Notes: a model not told the origin generated them from the letters alone. Numbered from the stretch's first letter, positions 27,201 through 41,333 are shown. The stretch: DNA of 64,000 nucleotides from Octopus vulgaris (GCA_951406725.2 OX597816.1:18724001-18788000), one strand, 5' to 3'. A program made the numbers and translations.

Positions 27201-28750
27201 TATTTGGAAATTTATATAAGTAGGTGATTGTTTTGATAGTCTAAAATTACTGTGATTAAGAACATTTGTATAAATTATCAGGCAATATCCGAAATTAATA
27301 ATATTTGGCTCATGAAAAAAAGTCTGTACAAACTTACTTTGTCACATCCAATTATACAGTCTGAATTGAAACAAACATATTTGAAATTTTAGTTTTGCGT
27401 TATAATATACATTGCGTATTTCTTAGAATACTTCAATAGTACATGTTCATCCTACGCTATGCAATATATATTTGTGTGTGTGTCTGTATGTGTGTGCGTG
27501 TGCGTGTGTGTGTATTTGTATGTGCGTGTACATATATCTATATCTCTCTATATATACGTATATACATATATACCTATCTACCTATCTATCAATCCCTCAC
27601 TTCACACACACACACATATGTGTATGTATTGTAGCCAGGAAAATATTAATTATTTATGAGAGTAAGCAACTAATGGGTTTTTTTTTCTGGAAACACAATA
27701 TAATGCGGTAGTTTGCACATGACACTATATAAGCAACCGAATGGCTCTTGTGAAGCGTTGGAGGTCAAACGTGTTACGCCAGACATATATGCACAAATAC
27801 AACCGCACAAACACGTACACATAAATGATGGTTTTCTGCAGAGTTATCTTCAGGGAAATTCACTCGCAAGTCATGGGCCTATAGCATGCTCTAGGTTTAC
27901 GTGCAGAACTGAAAGGAAAGCAAAGTTTATACGAAATGAATGTATGTTATGTGTGTGCATGTTATGTGTGTTATGTCTGCGTGTGCATGTTTATATGTGT
28001 GTGTCTGTGTACATATATATATATATACCTGTATAAATATATGCAGTGTGCAATGGGTAAATTGTTTCCATTTTATACTTTTACTTTCACACTTGGGTAT
28101 TGTTTGAAGGGTCACTTGCGTTCCCTGTGTGAGAAAAACAGCATCATGCTGCAGTTCACTCTGCCACAAATTTAGAAACCACATGCGCTACAGTAAAGCC
28201 TCTATCATTTTATTTTAGGAATTATTCATTGATTTCTTCTGCAAAAATTGGCGAAATGCTGACATAATTCCAATTGCGTATAATGTAATCTTATCTAAAT
28301 CTGGAAAGGTTCTCATACACAATAGTGTTAACAGAAACACAGACTGTTTATATATTATCGCTGATATATTTACAAATATCAGCATGCTAAGATTTCTGAG
28401 TATCATTTGAAGTCTCTAGCAACACCTGCGTCAATGTTCAATAATGAGCTAGTCACCACAAGCAAATACACAATCTATGATACATATCCCACCTAAAAAT
28501 ATATCGAAACGCTCTACTGTCTCACTCAGTTATGTATTAAAAGGGAAAGGGAATCACTAATACTAACTCATTATCTTTCCGCAGCTCTTTCTTAATTGAC
28601 AATTTTATATTTCCATCACTAAGATCGGTTTTCAACGCTTTCAACGCCAAAATATCATAGTATATCATGCGAAATATCACCCTCTCGAGGGTATACGTTA
28701 TTATGCGAGTGATGTTCCATAAAATATTTCTTCAACACAGACTACAATAC

Positions 28751-29535
28751 TGTCAGGCTGAGTAAAACCTAAACAACGTTTTCAAACATTAATCTCAATA
28801 TATTTCAACAATGCGGAAATTTTATTCATTAAAGTAAGTACCATTACAATCAGCACATTTTACCAGCAAGTTACAAGTTTGTTTATTCCGGTAATATAAA
28901 AATCTGGAGTTCTGGAACTGATGATCTCTTTGAACGAAATTTCAGCACCGGTTTGATTTTAAACTCCTCTGGCAGGAGACCGTCAAGGTGCTTGGAAAGG
29001 TAGAAGAATGGTATGGGGAATAAGTTGGGTGGGGAAGAACTTGGTAACCAAGTTGTTTCAAATTCTGGAGCGTCATTAATGAAACGTGTGGTCGATCATT
29101 TTCATGAAGAATGATTGGCTCTCTTCTGTTCACTAATCTTGGAGGGAGGAGTAGCAGTTTTTCGTTCATTTTGGAAACTCCATGGCAATATGTTACCGCA
29201 GTAATGGTTTTTCCGGGTTTTAAGAAGTTATATTGGTTGAGTTCACCACCAAACACTACACCACTAAACAGTCACAACAACATTCTTTTTGAAGAGTTCG
29301 GATTTAGGGAAAATTTTTAGTGCTTCATTTTCTTCCAACCATTGCGAAAAACGTTTCTTTAAAATTGAACAGAATCCACTATTACTCGCAAGTTACAATA
29401 CGCTCGAGAAATGGATCAGTTTGGTTACAGAAAAGAAGCGACGAATATATTTCTAATCTGCGCATTTTCTGATTTTCATTCAAATTGTGCGGTACCCATT
29501 TGTCGAGCGTTTTGATGTTCCGATCACATGCAGCT
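28751..29535 (-). mobile_element. Decayed mariner (Tc1/mariner) transposon, 3' two-thirds
   Basis: Minus-strand KWVPHNL, FLERIVTCE, IILHENDRPH and VLPHPTYSP (WVPHEL/YSPDL motifs) with stops and frameshifts; putative TIR next to TA near 28748. Confidence 0.85.
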
Positions 29536-29544
29536 GGTAAAATG

Positions 29545-29987
29545 TATTAATTATTAAATTAATAATTCTTTACCCTATATCTGTAATTATTATTTTACTC
29601 CCTGATAGCAAACTGAGCCTTTCTTTCTACGGTATTATCTTGTGACGCACATGTTAATCTTGGATGGAAAATATGAATTCACTTGTCTATATAAATTTGA
29701 ATATGCTGACAACATAGTGTTATGTTTCGATGGCGCCTGGTCGGAGATGCAAAGGATGTTTTTTTTTTTTTTTTTGCTTTAGCATTTTTAAATTTGTAAT
29801 TCTCGAAATATTATGTTGATGAAGGAAATGAATTTTTAGAATTTAATCCTCAAACGCGTCCATAATTAACGGAAGACTGTTTGATTTCGTTATTTTATCT
29901 ACTTTTTGCCTATGTGAGTTACAAATATTGTTGTCTGTGGAGTCATATATGTAGTGAAAAGAACTAGTGGTCTTTAGCTGCTATTTC
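29545..29987 (+). mobile_element. Penelope-like terminal repeat remnant(s) with degenerate HHR (same family as 10855-11297)
   Basis: 29810-29866 reads attatg-TTGATGA-AGGA..TCCT-CAAA-CGCGTC-cataat. Downstream TGTGAGTTACAAATATTGTTGTCTGTGGAG and upstream ACCCTATATCTGTAAT match the 11-kb copy. Confidence 0.6.
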
Positions 29988-30069
29988 TTACCAACCACAT
30001 GGTTCCGGGTTCAATCCCACTGCGTGGCACTTTGGGCAAGTGTCTTCTACTATAGCTTCGGGCCCATCG

Positions 30070-30143
<74 letters not shown>

Positions 30144-30350
30144 CGTTTCTGTGTCTGTGTTTGTCCTCCCAATACCGCTTGACAAAGGATGCTGGTGTGT
30201 TAACGTCCCCGTAACCTAGCGGTTCAGCAAACAAGACCGATAGAATAAGTACTAGGCTTACAAAGAATAAGTCCTGGGATCGATTTGCTCGACTAAAGGC
30301 GGTGCTCTAGCATGGCTGCAGTAAAATGACTGAAACAAGTAAAAGATTAA
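29988..30350 (+). mobile_element. SINE family A lacking its first ~35 nt
   Basis: Matches family A. Confidence 0.9.
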
Positions 30351-30442
30351 AAAATATATACATACATACATACATTCATACATACATACATTCATACACA
30401 CATACACACATACACACATACATACATACATACATACATACA

Positions 30443-30473
<31 letters not shown>

Positions 30474-31317
30474 GTGCTGTCCTTATAAATAAATGTAGCA
30501 CATGTCACTAATATTGGCTGGAAAATTTAGAAAATATGTATTATTATTTAGCGTCGGTGCATTATAATTTAGAACTCAACCTTCCAAATTTAACACAATA
30601 CTTCACCATCTACTGTCTGTAGAATTATGGTTGATGTTGAAGATTTAAGGAATAAAACTGGTCGTTCGCCAAAGCATAATTTATAGAAGCCTTTGATATA
30701 CGTTCCCCTAATGAATGGTAACTGTTCAACGATTTTGCTTTGTTCAATTCCGCATTTGATAATTGCAGTATCTTCCCCACTGGCAATATTTGTTCAGACC
30801 GCTTCATAAATACCTTAGAAGTGATTGCTTTTCGTATTCGTCTAAGAGGAATAGAACATATATGGCATGTTGCCTCTGGCAAAATCGGAATTATATTTAA
30901 CTAATCCAATAGAACTACAACATACAGACTTCAAAACATTTAAGTAAGACCTAGAAATTGTAATAATTATACAAATCCTGCAGGGTGTACATGGTGTGTC
31001 ATAATTGCACAAAGATTTTTTTCTGTATTGTGGTTTTCACAAAGTCTGTAAAAATAGTTTATCTTTCATGTTCACTAACAGTATATTTGATATCTCTATT
31101 GGGAATGCCAAAATTTTCAGAAAGACGCTACGGTTAACCATATTATAAGAGTATGTGATTGACAATGCTCCAAATTTATACAAACCTCATCGACAACGTT
31201 GATTTACTTTAACCGATGATACTTGAAATAGGAACATCGAAAAGAATATAAGATACATGTATTCTATTCTATTTCAAAAGAATGTTATCTTCAAATCATT
31301 ATAGCGAAAACAGAACT

Positions 31318-31731
31318 CTCCTTTTTACTCTTTTACTCGTTTACTCTCTTACTTGTCCCAGTCATTTGACTGCGGCCATGCTGGAGCACCGCCTGTAGCC
31401 GAGCAAATCGCCCCCAGGACTTATTCTTTCTAAGCCTAGAACTTATTCTATCTGTCTCTTTTGACGAACCGCTAAGTTACGGGGACGTAAACACACCAGC
31501 ATTGGTTTTCAAGCGATGTTGGGGGGACAAACACAGACACACAAACATATATACACACACACATACATACATACATATATACGACGGGCTTCTTTCAGTT
31601 TCCGTCTTCCAAATCCACTCACAAGTGGCCCGAGGTTATAGTAGAAAACACCTGCCCAAAGTACCATGCAGTGGCAATGAACCCGGAACCATGTGGTTGG
31701 TAAGCAAACTACTTACCACACAGCCACTTCT
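31318..31731 (-). mobile_element. SINE family A
   Basis: Matches family A. Confidence 0.9.
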
Positions 31732-32170
31732 GTGATGATTTTGAAAAATTTATTTGAAAACGGGAGAATATGAAAGACAGCTACACCGAATTGTAAGTCA
31801 ACTAAATTAGCAGTACTGTTAGTCACAAATCCTCATTATTTGCCGATTTTTACATAAATCTGAGGTTAAGTCTGAACGGAATAATTAATACATGGATGAG
31901 CAGTGAAAAAGTATATAAGTAATTTAAATGTATTCATTTTATCCCAATAACGCAGAAATAGTCTTCTAAAGTTAGGTAATATTTCATGAATATACGTCAT
32001 CAAGACATGAATTATAAATTAATTTGCATGTTTAAATATTGGAGATACACAGCTAAATGTAAGAAATGTTTCTAATAGGAAAATTCGGGATAGAAAAACT
32101 TCTATGTTGCGAACACAATTTAAAGCAGAATTTGATAATGCAAGGAAACACTCTCATTTGGTGACATCTA

Positions 32171-32401
32171 TGTCTTTATTACCCACAAGGGGCTAAACAC
32201 AGAGGGGACAAACAAGGACAGACACACGGATTAAGCATATTACATCGACCCCATTGCATAACTGGTACTTAATTTATCGACTCCGAAAGGATGAAAGGCA
32301 AAGTCGACCTCGGTGGAATTTGAACTCAGAACGTAACGGCAGACGAAATACGGCTACGCATTTCGCTCGGCGTGATAACGTTTCTGCCAGCTTACCGCCT
32401 T
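32171..32401 (-). mobile_element. SINE family B monomer
   Basis: Perfect 17-bp TSD TCATTTGGTGACATCTA at 32154-32170 and 32402-32418. Confidence 0.92.
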
Positions 32402-32991
32402 TCATTTGGTGACATCTAGCGAGGACGATAACGAAAATCACAAGAGTAATAATACAGATTCTTAGGTTGTGTCCCTTGTCAGTGACGCGCGTGTGCATAT
32501 GCAAATGTGACACGCTAGTTGATGATTTCCCTCTCAGCAATTAGATTCTATGCTGTCGAAGAAACAATAAAATTTCAGCAGAATGTAATCGTTAGATAGA
32601 TCACTCACAGCAATTCAATGAAATACATAGTTGCACGGTCGAAAAATTTTCAGTGCATCCACTTTCCACGTTATTTATTTCCATAGGAAGAACCTAGAAT
32701 GTAACGGCGTGGCGTTACTTCAATGCCACACCGCCATCTATTTTGGTTCAGTGAAGTTCAAATCTGAAATTTCGATTGTTAAAATGTTACTCAACGTATC
32801 TATTCTTGAAATACGTTGGTAAACATTTTCGTAGTATGATTTGCAATGATTAAGTAGTTTTAGCAGTTAGTGGAGCAGACCTCCTCCTCTTCCACAGACA
32901 GACAACAGTATAGTGAAGGTGGTTAGAATTGTACAAATAACATAGCAAGTTTTAAAACTGTTCTTTTAGCATGTGTCTTTCGAAGATATAC

Positions 32992-33185
32992 ACGAGGGAC
33001 TGCTGGAAGGTTCTTGATGTGGGTAAAATAAAATAGAAGAGGATCTGTTAATTGTGGTTTTATTCAGCATGTTTCCCTCTCAGATACGCACACTTATTGC
33101 ACCGCTTCTTCAATTTCTCTAAGTCCTGTAGAAGAACTCGGAATTTTGGGCTTCCAACCAGGCGTCTCGTTACACCCATAAAACT
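32992..33185 (-). mobile_element. Mariner 3'-end relic
   Basis: Minus-strand AWLEAQNSEFF and LEKLKKRCNKCAYLRGKHAE*, like a mariner C-terminus; end resembles a TACGAGGG-type TIR. Confidence 0.6.
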
Positions 33186-33612
33186 AGGAAGTTTGCAGTC
33201 CCGTGATGGAAAGATCAACAAAGAACTACTCCATCTCGTGAGAGATACACATTATTTATTTAAAGGACACAATACATAGTTTAAGTGCTACAAATAGTTA
33301 CATATTTTGAGAAATATTTCAAATATGTTCTTCAGACACAAACTACATATCGTAGAGAACTAAAAACCTTGAATAAGTGAAGAAATCCGAAAGAGCTGAG
33401 AAAAAAGTATACAGAAAATGCGAGGGTTAATACAACGGAAAATCAAAAATGGAAAATGAAAAGGTAAAAACTAAAATGTTAAATTTAAAATAGGTAAAAG
33501 AGTTACTCTCTTTAGAACCTAACATTATAAGGCTAGAAATATACGAACAAGTTAATAAGATATAAGCTGAAGTCTCCAATTCTTCAAAATATATCTATAT
33601 ATATATATATAT

Positions 33613-33920
33613 GAGGAGGCGCAATGGCCTAGTGGTTAGGGCAGCAGACTCGCGGTCGTAGGATCGTGGTTTCGATTCCCAGACCGGGCGTTGTGAGTGT
33701 TTAATGAGCGAAAACACCTAAAAGCTCCACGATGCTTCAGCAAGGGGTGGTGATCCCTGCTGTACTCTTTCATCACTCTTTCTCCCACTCTTTCTTATGT
33801 TGGCCTGCTCGCTTAGCCAGCGGGGTGGCGTCATTCGAAGGCTAAAACAATGCGAACGCATTGTGACCAGCGATGTGTAACAACATTTGATGGACTGGTC
33901 GGTCACGTGATCACGTGATA
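33613..33920 (+). mobile_element. SINE head C + tail 1
   Basis: Near-identical to 2632-2931. Confidence 0.9.
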
Positions 33921-34546
33921 TATGTATATAACTACTGAAAATCTCGGACCTAGATTTCAGTAGAGAATTAGGAATCTTAGATCTGGAAAAGATGTGAGCT
34001 CGTTCTTCTAAACATAGCCAACATTTGATCAATTAACATAAGATGTGGTTTTCTTAATTATTTTCAACTTAATCACATATGGTGTTTCGTTAGCTTTCAA
34101 ACTCCATCCCCTGCTCGCCAACATAGTAGCTTTGCTTATGTCAGAAGAAGGTTATGTGATTGGCATAGCGATATTAAAATTCTCCTTCACACAATCTAAT
34201 ATAGGTCTTCCTATCTGTTGCATTGTCGTTTAGTTTTGCAGTAATGGCTGCCTCATATATGACAGTTTTAATTATACTTCGTTGGTCAAGTAAACAGGAT
34301 CCTGGGTCTCTGGGAGAGACAGGAATCTTCTACCTTTATTAGTTTTATATTAAGGAAACAATGGTGGGGCGAACCAAATCATTGTCCTTGGCCTATTCAT
34401 TTGGTATTCTTCTTCTTCTTCTCACTCTTTTTCTTATCATCATATGTCTATATTCCTTTATTCTTCTATTCGTTTCAGCAATGCCGCTGCGGTCATGATG
34501 TAGCACCAGTACACTCTTATGTATCTATCTATATTCTGATATATAT

Positions 34547-37303
34547 GTGAATACATACATACATACAAACATACATAAGGGGGGGACAGCCATCTTTATC
34601 CATGACTCCTTTTCACTTGATGCCAAGGACACATTTTCCAATGGCTACTGTGAATCGGTATCAGTATACAACAAAGCCAAGGACATAACCATTGTTGGTC
34701 TTTACAGGCCTCCCCAGGCACCTCTAAAGTACTTTGAAGAGTGCCTTAGGAAAGTCAAGTCCTTCCTTCGGAAGTACCACTGCGGAAACATAATAGTGAT
34801 GGGTGATTTTAACCTCCCTCATGTGAACCGGCCCACAAATACTCCGAAGTTAGGCAAGTGCTCTACATCAGATAGGGCAGCAGCAGAACTGCTCTTTAAT
34901 CAGATGGATGAGTATTTCCTGACTCAGCTAGTGCTTGAACCAACGAGACAGAATAAAACGATCTTGGATCTGGTACTGACCAATCACTCTAGCTACGTTC
35001 ACAGCATTTCAGTCGAAAAAACTCTCCTCTCAGACCACGACATGGTACTCTGCAATCTTAATTCCCGACGTATAAAAACCAAACCAGCCAATCCCACTCC
35101 ATGGCACTCATTTGACAACATAAATTTCCACAGAGCGGACTGGGGAACAATCAGAAAGGATCTGTCTTCCATCGACTGGTCTTTTACTCTCAATTCCCCT
35201 CATATTGAGACCGCGTGGCAGCACTTTGAAACCATTGTCACCGACACATGCTCTAAACACGCTCCCAAGAAATCTACTAACACAAACAGAAACCGGCTCC
35301 CCAAAAAGAAAAAAACACTCATCAGGCGCATCAAAAGACTCAACAAAAAAATCAACCAATTAAAATATTCCCACACGCAACATCCACATTCAACAACAAT
35401 GAAAAGACTAGAGCTGGAAAAACTTCATCTGCAGACTAACATGAAAACCTCCATTGAAAATCAAAGAGCTGTGGAGGAACAATGGGTAATCAAAAACATC
35501 AAACAGAACCCAAAAGTGTTCTATTCTTATGCAAATAAGCATAGAACCACTGTCTCACCTATTGGGCCATTGATTGATGAAAACGGCATTCCCCAACACG
35601 ATGCTAAAGAAATGGCAGAAATACTGCAGAAACAATATTGCTCTGTCTTCAGTGTTCCCACTGATATTGATGTGAGGGAAACGAACGAAGCTGACTCCCA
35701 ACACAAAATCGCAGACATAACCTTCACTGCCACCGACATCGTAGCAGCAATAAATGAGGTCAAACATTACTCTGCTGTAGTCCGTGATAGATTTCCCGCC
35801 AGTCTCCTGAAGGAATGTAGATATCAACTTGCAGTCCGTCTGACCAACCTCTGGAGAAACTCGTTAGACGCAGGTTATATACCGAAAAAGTTTCTATCCC
35901 AGTCGGTCATCCCGGTTTTCAAACAGGGAAACAGATCCCTCGCAGTCAACTCTCGCCCAATCTCACTCACCTCCCACATCATTAAAGTGTTTGAAAGAGT
36001 GTTAAGATCAAGGATAGCTGACTTCCTGGAGACCCACAAACTCCTAAATTCAAATCAGCATGGCTTTCGCTGTGGCAGGGACTGTCTAACACAGCTCTTA
36101 CACCACATTGAAGATGAACTCAAAGCCTTAGGAACAGGTTCGAACTCTGACGTCATATACCTTGACTTCAGTAAAGCGTTCGACATGGTAGACCATAACA
36201 TCCTACTCTCAAAATTGGCATATGTTGGAATCCGTGGAAAAGTTCTACACTGGATTCAGTATTTCCTAGCGAATAGAACACAACATGTTGTAGTTGATGG
36301 AGTCCAGTCAAACCCAGCAAAAGTCACCAGCGGTGTTCCCCAGGGAACTGTTTTGGGTCCGCTACTCTTCATAATTTATGTAAACGACCTTTCCAGTGTC
36401 GTACATCACTGCAAAGTGAAAATATTCGCTGATGACACTAAGCTCCAGCAAATCGTCAATGAAGAAGCAGACCGAACTCAACTCCAGTCTGACCTATATG
36501 CTGTGAGTCAATGGGCAGACAGAAACAAAATGCAACTGAATGAGGGAAAATTTGAGCTGATGCATTTTGGAAGAAATTCCTCACTAAAACAACCATACTC
36601 TCTTCCTTCAGGGGAACCGTTCACAGCCTCTAACAATATCAGAGACCTGGGTGTAATTGTTGATGACGATCTCAGTTGGAGTGCACACATCAACAAGAAG
36701 GTCGATACAGCTCGTAGGATGAGTTCCTGGATCTTAAGAACTTTCCGGTCCAGAGAACAAGGTGTCATCATACCACTTTTTTCATCCTTTGTACGGCCAC
36801 ACCTTGAATACTGCTGCCCACTGTGGTCTCCTCACACAAGACAAAACATCTCCAGAATTGAGTCACCCCAGAGGGCTCTCACTAAACAAATTGAAGGCAT
36901 GGCTGCTCTCGATTATTGGGATCGCCTTAAAGCCTTGAAACTTTACTCCCTCCAGCGTCGCCGTGAGCGGTACATCATTTGTACGATGTGGAAAATATAC
37001 CGCCAACTTTGCCCAAACGACCTAAACATTAGCTTCAAGGTTCATCCGAGACTTGGACCACGGACTATACGTCCTCTGCCAAATCCAAGATCACAACATA
37101 CATGTACACTGCAACATAATTTATTTTCCTCAACAGGCCCTGCCCTATTTAACATTGTCCCGAGGGAGATCAAAGAGGAAAATGATCCCATCAACTTCAA
37201 ACAGAGTCTGGATAGATTCCTTCAAAGAATACCAGATAAGCCACCCATAATTGGATACAACTCACGCAACAAGAACTCACTACTTGAACAAAACTTGACT
37301 TAA
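34547..37303 (+). CDS. CR1-like LINE ORF2: partial APE endonuclease + reverse transcriptase (the first ~10 codons are flanking microsatellite)
   Basis: YRPP, MGDFN, LDLVLTN, SDH (EN); RPISLTS, QHGF, YLDFSKAFD, SGVPQGTVLGPLLF, IFADD (RT); HLEYCCPLWSP, LYSLQRRR (CR1-type C-terminus). Confidence 0.9.
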   Translation: MNTYIHTNIHKGGTAIFIHDSFSLDAKDTFSNGYCESVSVYNKAKDITIVGLYRPPQAPLKYFEECLRKVKSFLRKYHCGNIIVMGDFNLPHVNRPTNTPKLGKCSTSDRAAAELLFNQMDEYFLTQLVLEPTRQNKTILDLVLTNHSSYVHSISVEKTLLSDHDMVLCNLNSRRIKTKPANPTPWHSFDNINFHRADWGTIRKDLSSIDWSFTLNSPHIETAWQHFETIVTDTCSKHAPKKSTNTNRNRLPKKKKTLIRRIKRLNKKINQLKYSHTQHPHSTTMKRLELEKLHLQTNMKTSIENQRAVEEQWVIKNIKQNPKVFYSYANKHRTTVSPIGPLIDENGIPQHDAKEMAEILQKQYCSVFSVPTDIDVRETNEADSQHKIADITFTATDIVAAINEVKHYSAVVRDRFPASLLKECRYQLAVRLTNLWRNSLDAGYIPKKFLSQSVIPVFKQGNRSLAVNSRPISLTSHIIKVFERVLRSRIADFLETHKLLNSNQHGFRCGRDCLTQLLHHIEDELKALGTGSNSDVIYLDFSKAFDMVDHNILLSKLAYVGIRGKVLHWIQYFLANRTQHVVVDGVQSNPAKVTSGVPQGTVLGPLLFIIYVNDLSSVVHHCKVKIFADDTKLQQIVNEEADRTQLQSDLYAVSQWADRNKMQLNEGKFELMHFGRNSSLKQPYSLPSGEPFTASNNIRDLGVIVDDDLSWSAHINKKVDTARRMSSWILRTFRSREQGVIIPLFSSFVRPHLEYCCPLWSPHTRQNISRIESPQRALTKQIEGMAALDYWDRLKALKLYSLQRRRERYIICTMWKIYRQLCPNDLNISFKVHPRLGPRTIRPLPNPRSQHTCTLQHNLFSSTGPALFNIVPREIKEENDPINFKQSLDRFLQRIPDKPPIIGYNSRNKNSLLEQNLT

Positions 37304-37391
37304 ACAGGACTCGAATAATCCTATCAGGTGGTGCTATTAAGTTAGACATGGCCTGGACCAATCTCTGGTCGAAACATATCTAAGTTTCTAA

Positions 37392-37396
<5 letters not shown>
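34575..37396 (+). mobile_element. CR1-clade LINE, 5'-truncated inside the endonuclease
   Basis: EN-RT ORF, ~90-bp 3'UTR with stem-loop, CTAAGTTT tail repeats; sits between (TACA)n and (TA)n. Confidence 0.95.
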
Positions 37397-37432
<36 letters not shown>

Positions 37433-38917
37433 ATAATCAAATAGGGTAATAAAATAAATTATTATTACCAGTGGCCTAGCACAAAAGACAAATTAGTCAT
37501 TATACTATATATTTTTCGTATAGAAATATATTATAAAAGGCTTCCAAATTAGGAAGCGTAGTGTTATTTAAAAGATTTTCAATAATTTTTTGTAGATTAG
37601 AATATTATAATTATATATTTCCAATTAATTACTAAGGGATCAATGTAAAGAAACTAAAGTCAAATTAGAAATATCGACAGATTGGAGCAAATTAATAGTT
37701 TTAAATATTTGTAACTAGACTCATATTCCCAGGCGTTAACGTAATCTATATTCTATCAAAATTAATGTCAGTGTATTTGCTAACTGAGGTGTTTCATTTA
37801 TATAATTTTGAAATGCAGTCTATTCCTAATATAGTTTTCTCTGTATTTCAACTAACGATATATATATAATGAGGAAAATAGTTTCACAGTATTATTTGTT
37901 ATTTAATTTCAAATATTCTCTCGGGCAAAATATTCATTAGTTCAATCCTTAGGTGGCAATGTTAAAATACTTCTATTTTAAAATAAATTTTTAGAGATTT
38001 TGTTTACGTAATATCTTAAACCTTCAGGTAAGTAACTAGACTCTTAAAGTAAAACAACTTACAAATGTACACAACAAAAGGGAAATGTTATAAGATGAAG
38101 CTATTGAACAAAAACGTTTTTACTGCCGCTAGCAAAACGAGATTGACTAGCAAAATAATTGAAGCATTCTAAACATGTTTTAAAAAAAATAATGGGAAAT
38201 ATATAAAATGTTGCATTACATTTGTTATTCTATTCTGTGTCGCTATATATATATATATATAAATCTTGTGTGTGTGGAATTTTGGCTTTAAAATTTAGAT
38301 AAACAGAAAATTATCAAGCGTAATTTGTATCCATTATTTCGTGAAAGTGAATTTCCAAGGTAAATGAACTGGACATTTTTTTACGTACACATGTAGCTTT
38401 AAAAATAGTTTCCATTTGAAGGCGATCAGAGACACAAAAGTAATATGCAGGTATGTGCATTCCTGCACATCTCAGTGCATGTTTAAATGAGCGGTCTCAA
38501 CGGACATGCGAAACTCCAGTTATTTATCTACCCTCTTTACTATATGTTCCATCGTAACATTTGTTACTATTTCAGGTATCTATAGATATCAATACGCTTT
38601 CGTATTTCGGTATTGCCAGTTTATATTTCTCTTCAGGCGATTGGTTCAATATGTTTATGCGTGAATTTGAACATGCGCATGCGAGTGTGTGCAGGTTTAC
38701 GTCTGAATGCCTATTAGTATACGTGTGTATATGCGCACGCACACGTATTGCTGTGGGTGTTTGCATGAATGCGCGTATCACTTGATTTTTAAATAGTTTA
38801 TTATTACCTGCCAAGGACTATAATTCTGAAACATGTTGGTAGACTGAAAATTTTGATTTACACACACACACACACACTCACACATACACGCACACACACT
38901 CGCATACGCACACAATT

Positions 38918-38949
<32 letters not shown>

Positions 38950-39327
38950 GCGTGTACACACAATCACACACACATTTAAGGAGACGGAGGTGGAGAAATA
39001 TAAATGGCCAGATTCCATTTACAAAATGATACATATATGTAAATTTTTAACATATTTGGCGAAGAATACACACACGCCCACACATACGCACACGCGCACA
39101 CGCACACACACACAAACATACACATACACACACAAACACACACATATATACATAGGTGGTGCTCCCGCATAGCCGAAGTCAAATGCCTGAAACGAGAAAA
39201 ACAATAACAGATTAGAATATAGTACTTGACAGCTCTCACCTAAAAGCTACATGCCAAGATACAGGTATGCACGTTTGTATGTATATAGATATGTACGTAT
39301 TCATACATGTATATGCCTATGTATATA

Positions 39328-39690
39328 CTCTTTTATTCTTTTACCTGTTTCTGTCCTTTGACTGCGGCCATGCTGGAGCACCGCCTTTAGTCGAGCAAAT
39401 CGACCCAAGGACTTATTCTTTGTAAGCCCAGTACTTATTCTGTCGGTTTCTTATACCGAACCGCTAAGTTAACACACCAGCATCATTTGTCAAGCTATAT
39501 TGGGAAGACAAACACGGAACCAGAAACAATTTACACACACATAAATATATACATATATACGACGAGCTTTTTTCAGTTTTCGTCTACCAAATCCACTCAT
39601 AAGGCTTTAGTCGGCTCGGGGCTCTAGTAGAAGACAATTTTACCAAAATGACACGCAGTGTGACTGAACCCAGAACAATGTGGCTGGAAA
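39328..39690 (-). mobile_element. SINE family A
   Basis: Matches family A. Confidence 0.85.
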
Positions 39691-39699
39691 GCTCTATCT

Positions 39700-39788
39700 C
39701 TCTCTCTGTCTATCTATTCATCTATCTATCATATATTCTATCCATCTTTCTATCTATTTACCTACCTACCTACCTACCTACCCGTCTT

Positions 39789-39854
<66 letters not shown>

Positions 39855-39855
39855 A

Positions 39856-39894
<39 letters not shown>

Positions 39895-39904
39895 ATCTAC
39901 GTGC

Positions 39905-39935
<31 letters not shown>

Positions 39936-39967
39936 TCTACCTATCTATCTATCTATCATCTACGTGC

Positions 39968-40053
<86 letters not shown>

Positions 40054-40145
40054 GTCTGTCTGTCTGTCTATATATCTATCTATCTATCTATCTGTTTACC
40101 TATCTATCTGACTATATACATATCTATCTATCTATCTATCCATCA
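39700..40145. repeat. (TATC)n compound microsatellite
   Basis: Direct reading. Confidence 0.95.
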
Positions 40146-40600
40146 TCTACTCATACGTAAAAATACAGCGAAAATAGAATCTGAAATATTTACGTGACAA
40201 CAATTTTTGATAAACTACTTAAAAATCTGAATAATACATACGATACCTTATCCAAACAATGACGTTGTAATAAGAAACAGAATATGATATATAGGTTTAA
40301 TGGACTGAGGAAAAGAGAACACTAAAACACATTGCCACATTAATGTAATGTAATTGAAAATGTTTCGTGTGTTTATTCGTTTATATATTATTTTCCTTAT
40401 ACAAAGCTTGTGAATAATAGCGCGGTTGGTTACAGTTCATCATGGTTCAATCATTGGTCACTTTCTCTTCTGTGTGAAGAGAGTGTAAATAGCGGTCAGA
40501 GATATAATATAATTGTTCGAAAACACAGGTCTTCGGACACTTACGTTGCTGATTACATCCGTGGAATGTAGTGATCGATACTACATACGGTCAAATAGGA

Positions 40601-40669
<69 letters not shown>

Positions 40670-40718
40670 TAAGCACATGCATTCACACTAATATACACGC
40701 GCACACACACCTACACTT

Positions 40719-41205
<487 letters not shown>

Positions 41206-41294
41206 GTAAACAAACACACACATACACACACAAATATATGTGTGTCTCTCTCTTTCTATATCTCTCTCTCTATATATATATACACACATATATA

Positions 41295-41333
<39 letters not shown>

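Noticed and set aside
30625-30882. 85-codon non-repetitive minus-strand ORF as a host exon
   Set aside because: No recognisable domain or convincing splice pair; length compatible with chance.
37345-37380. Stem-loop followed by GAAAC in the CR1 3'UTR as a hammerhead
   Set aside because: No upstream CTGANGA and no stem I; better explained as the LINE 3' recognition stem-loop.
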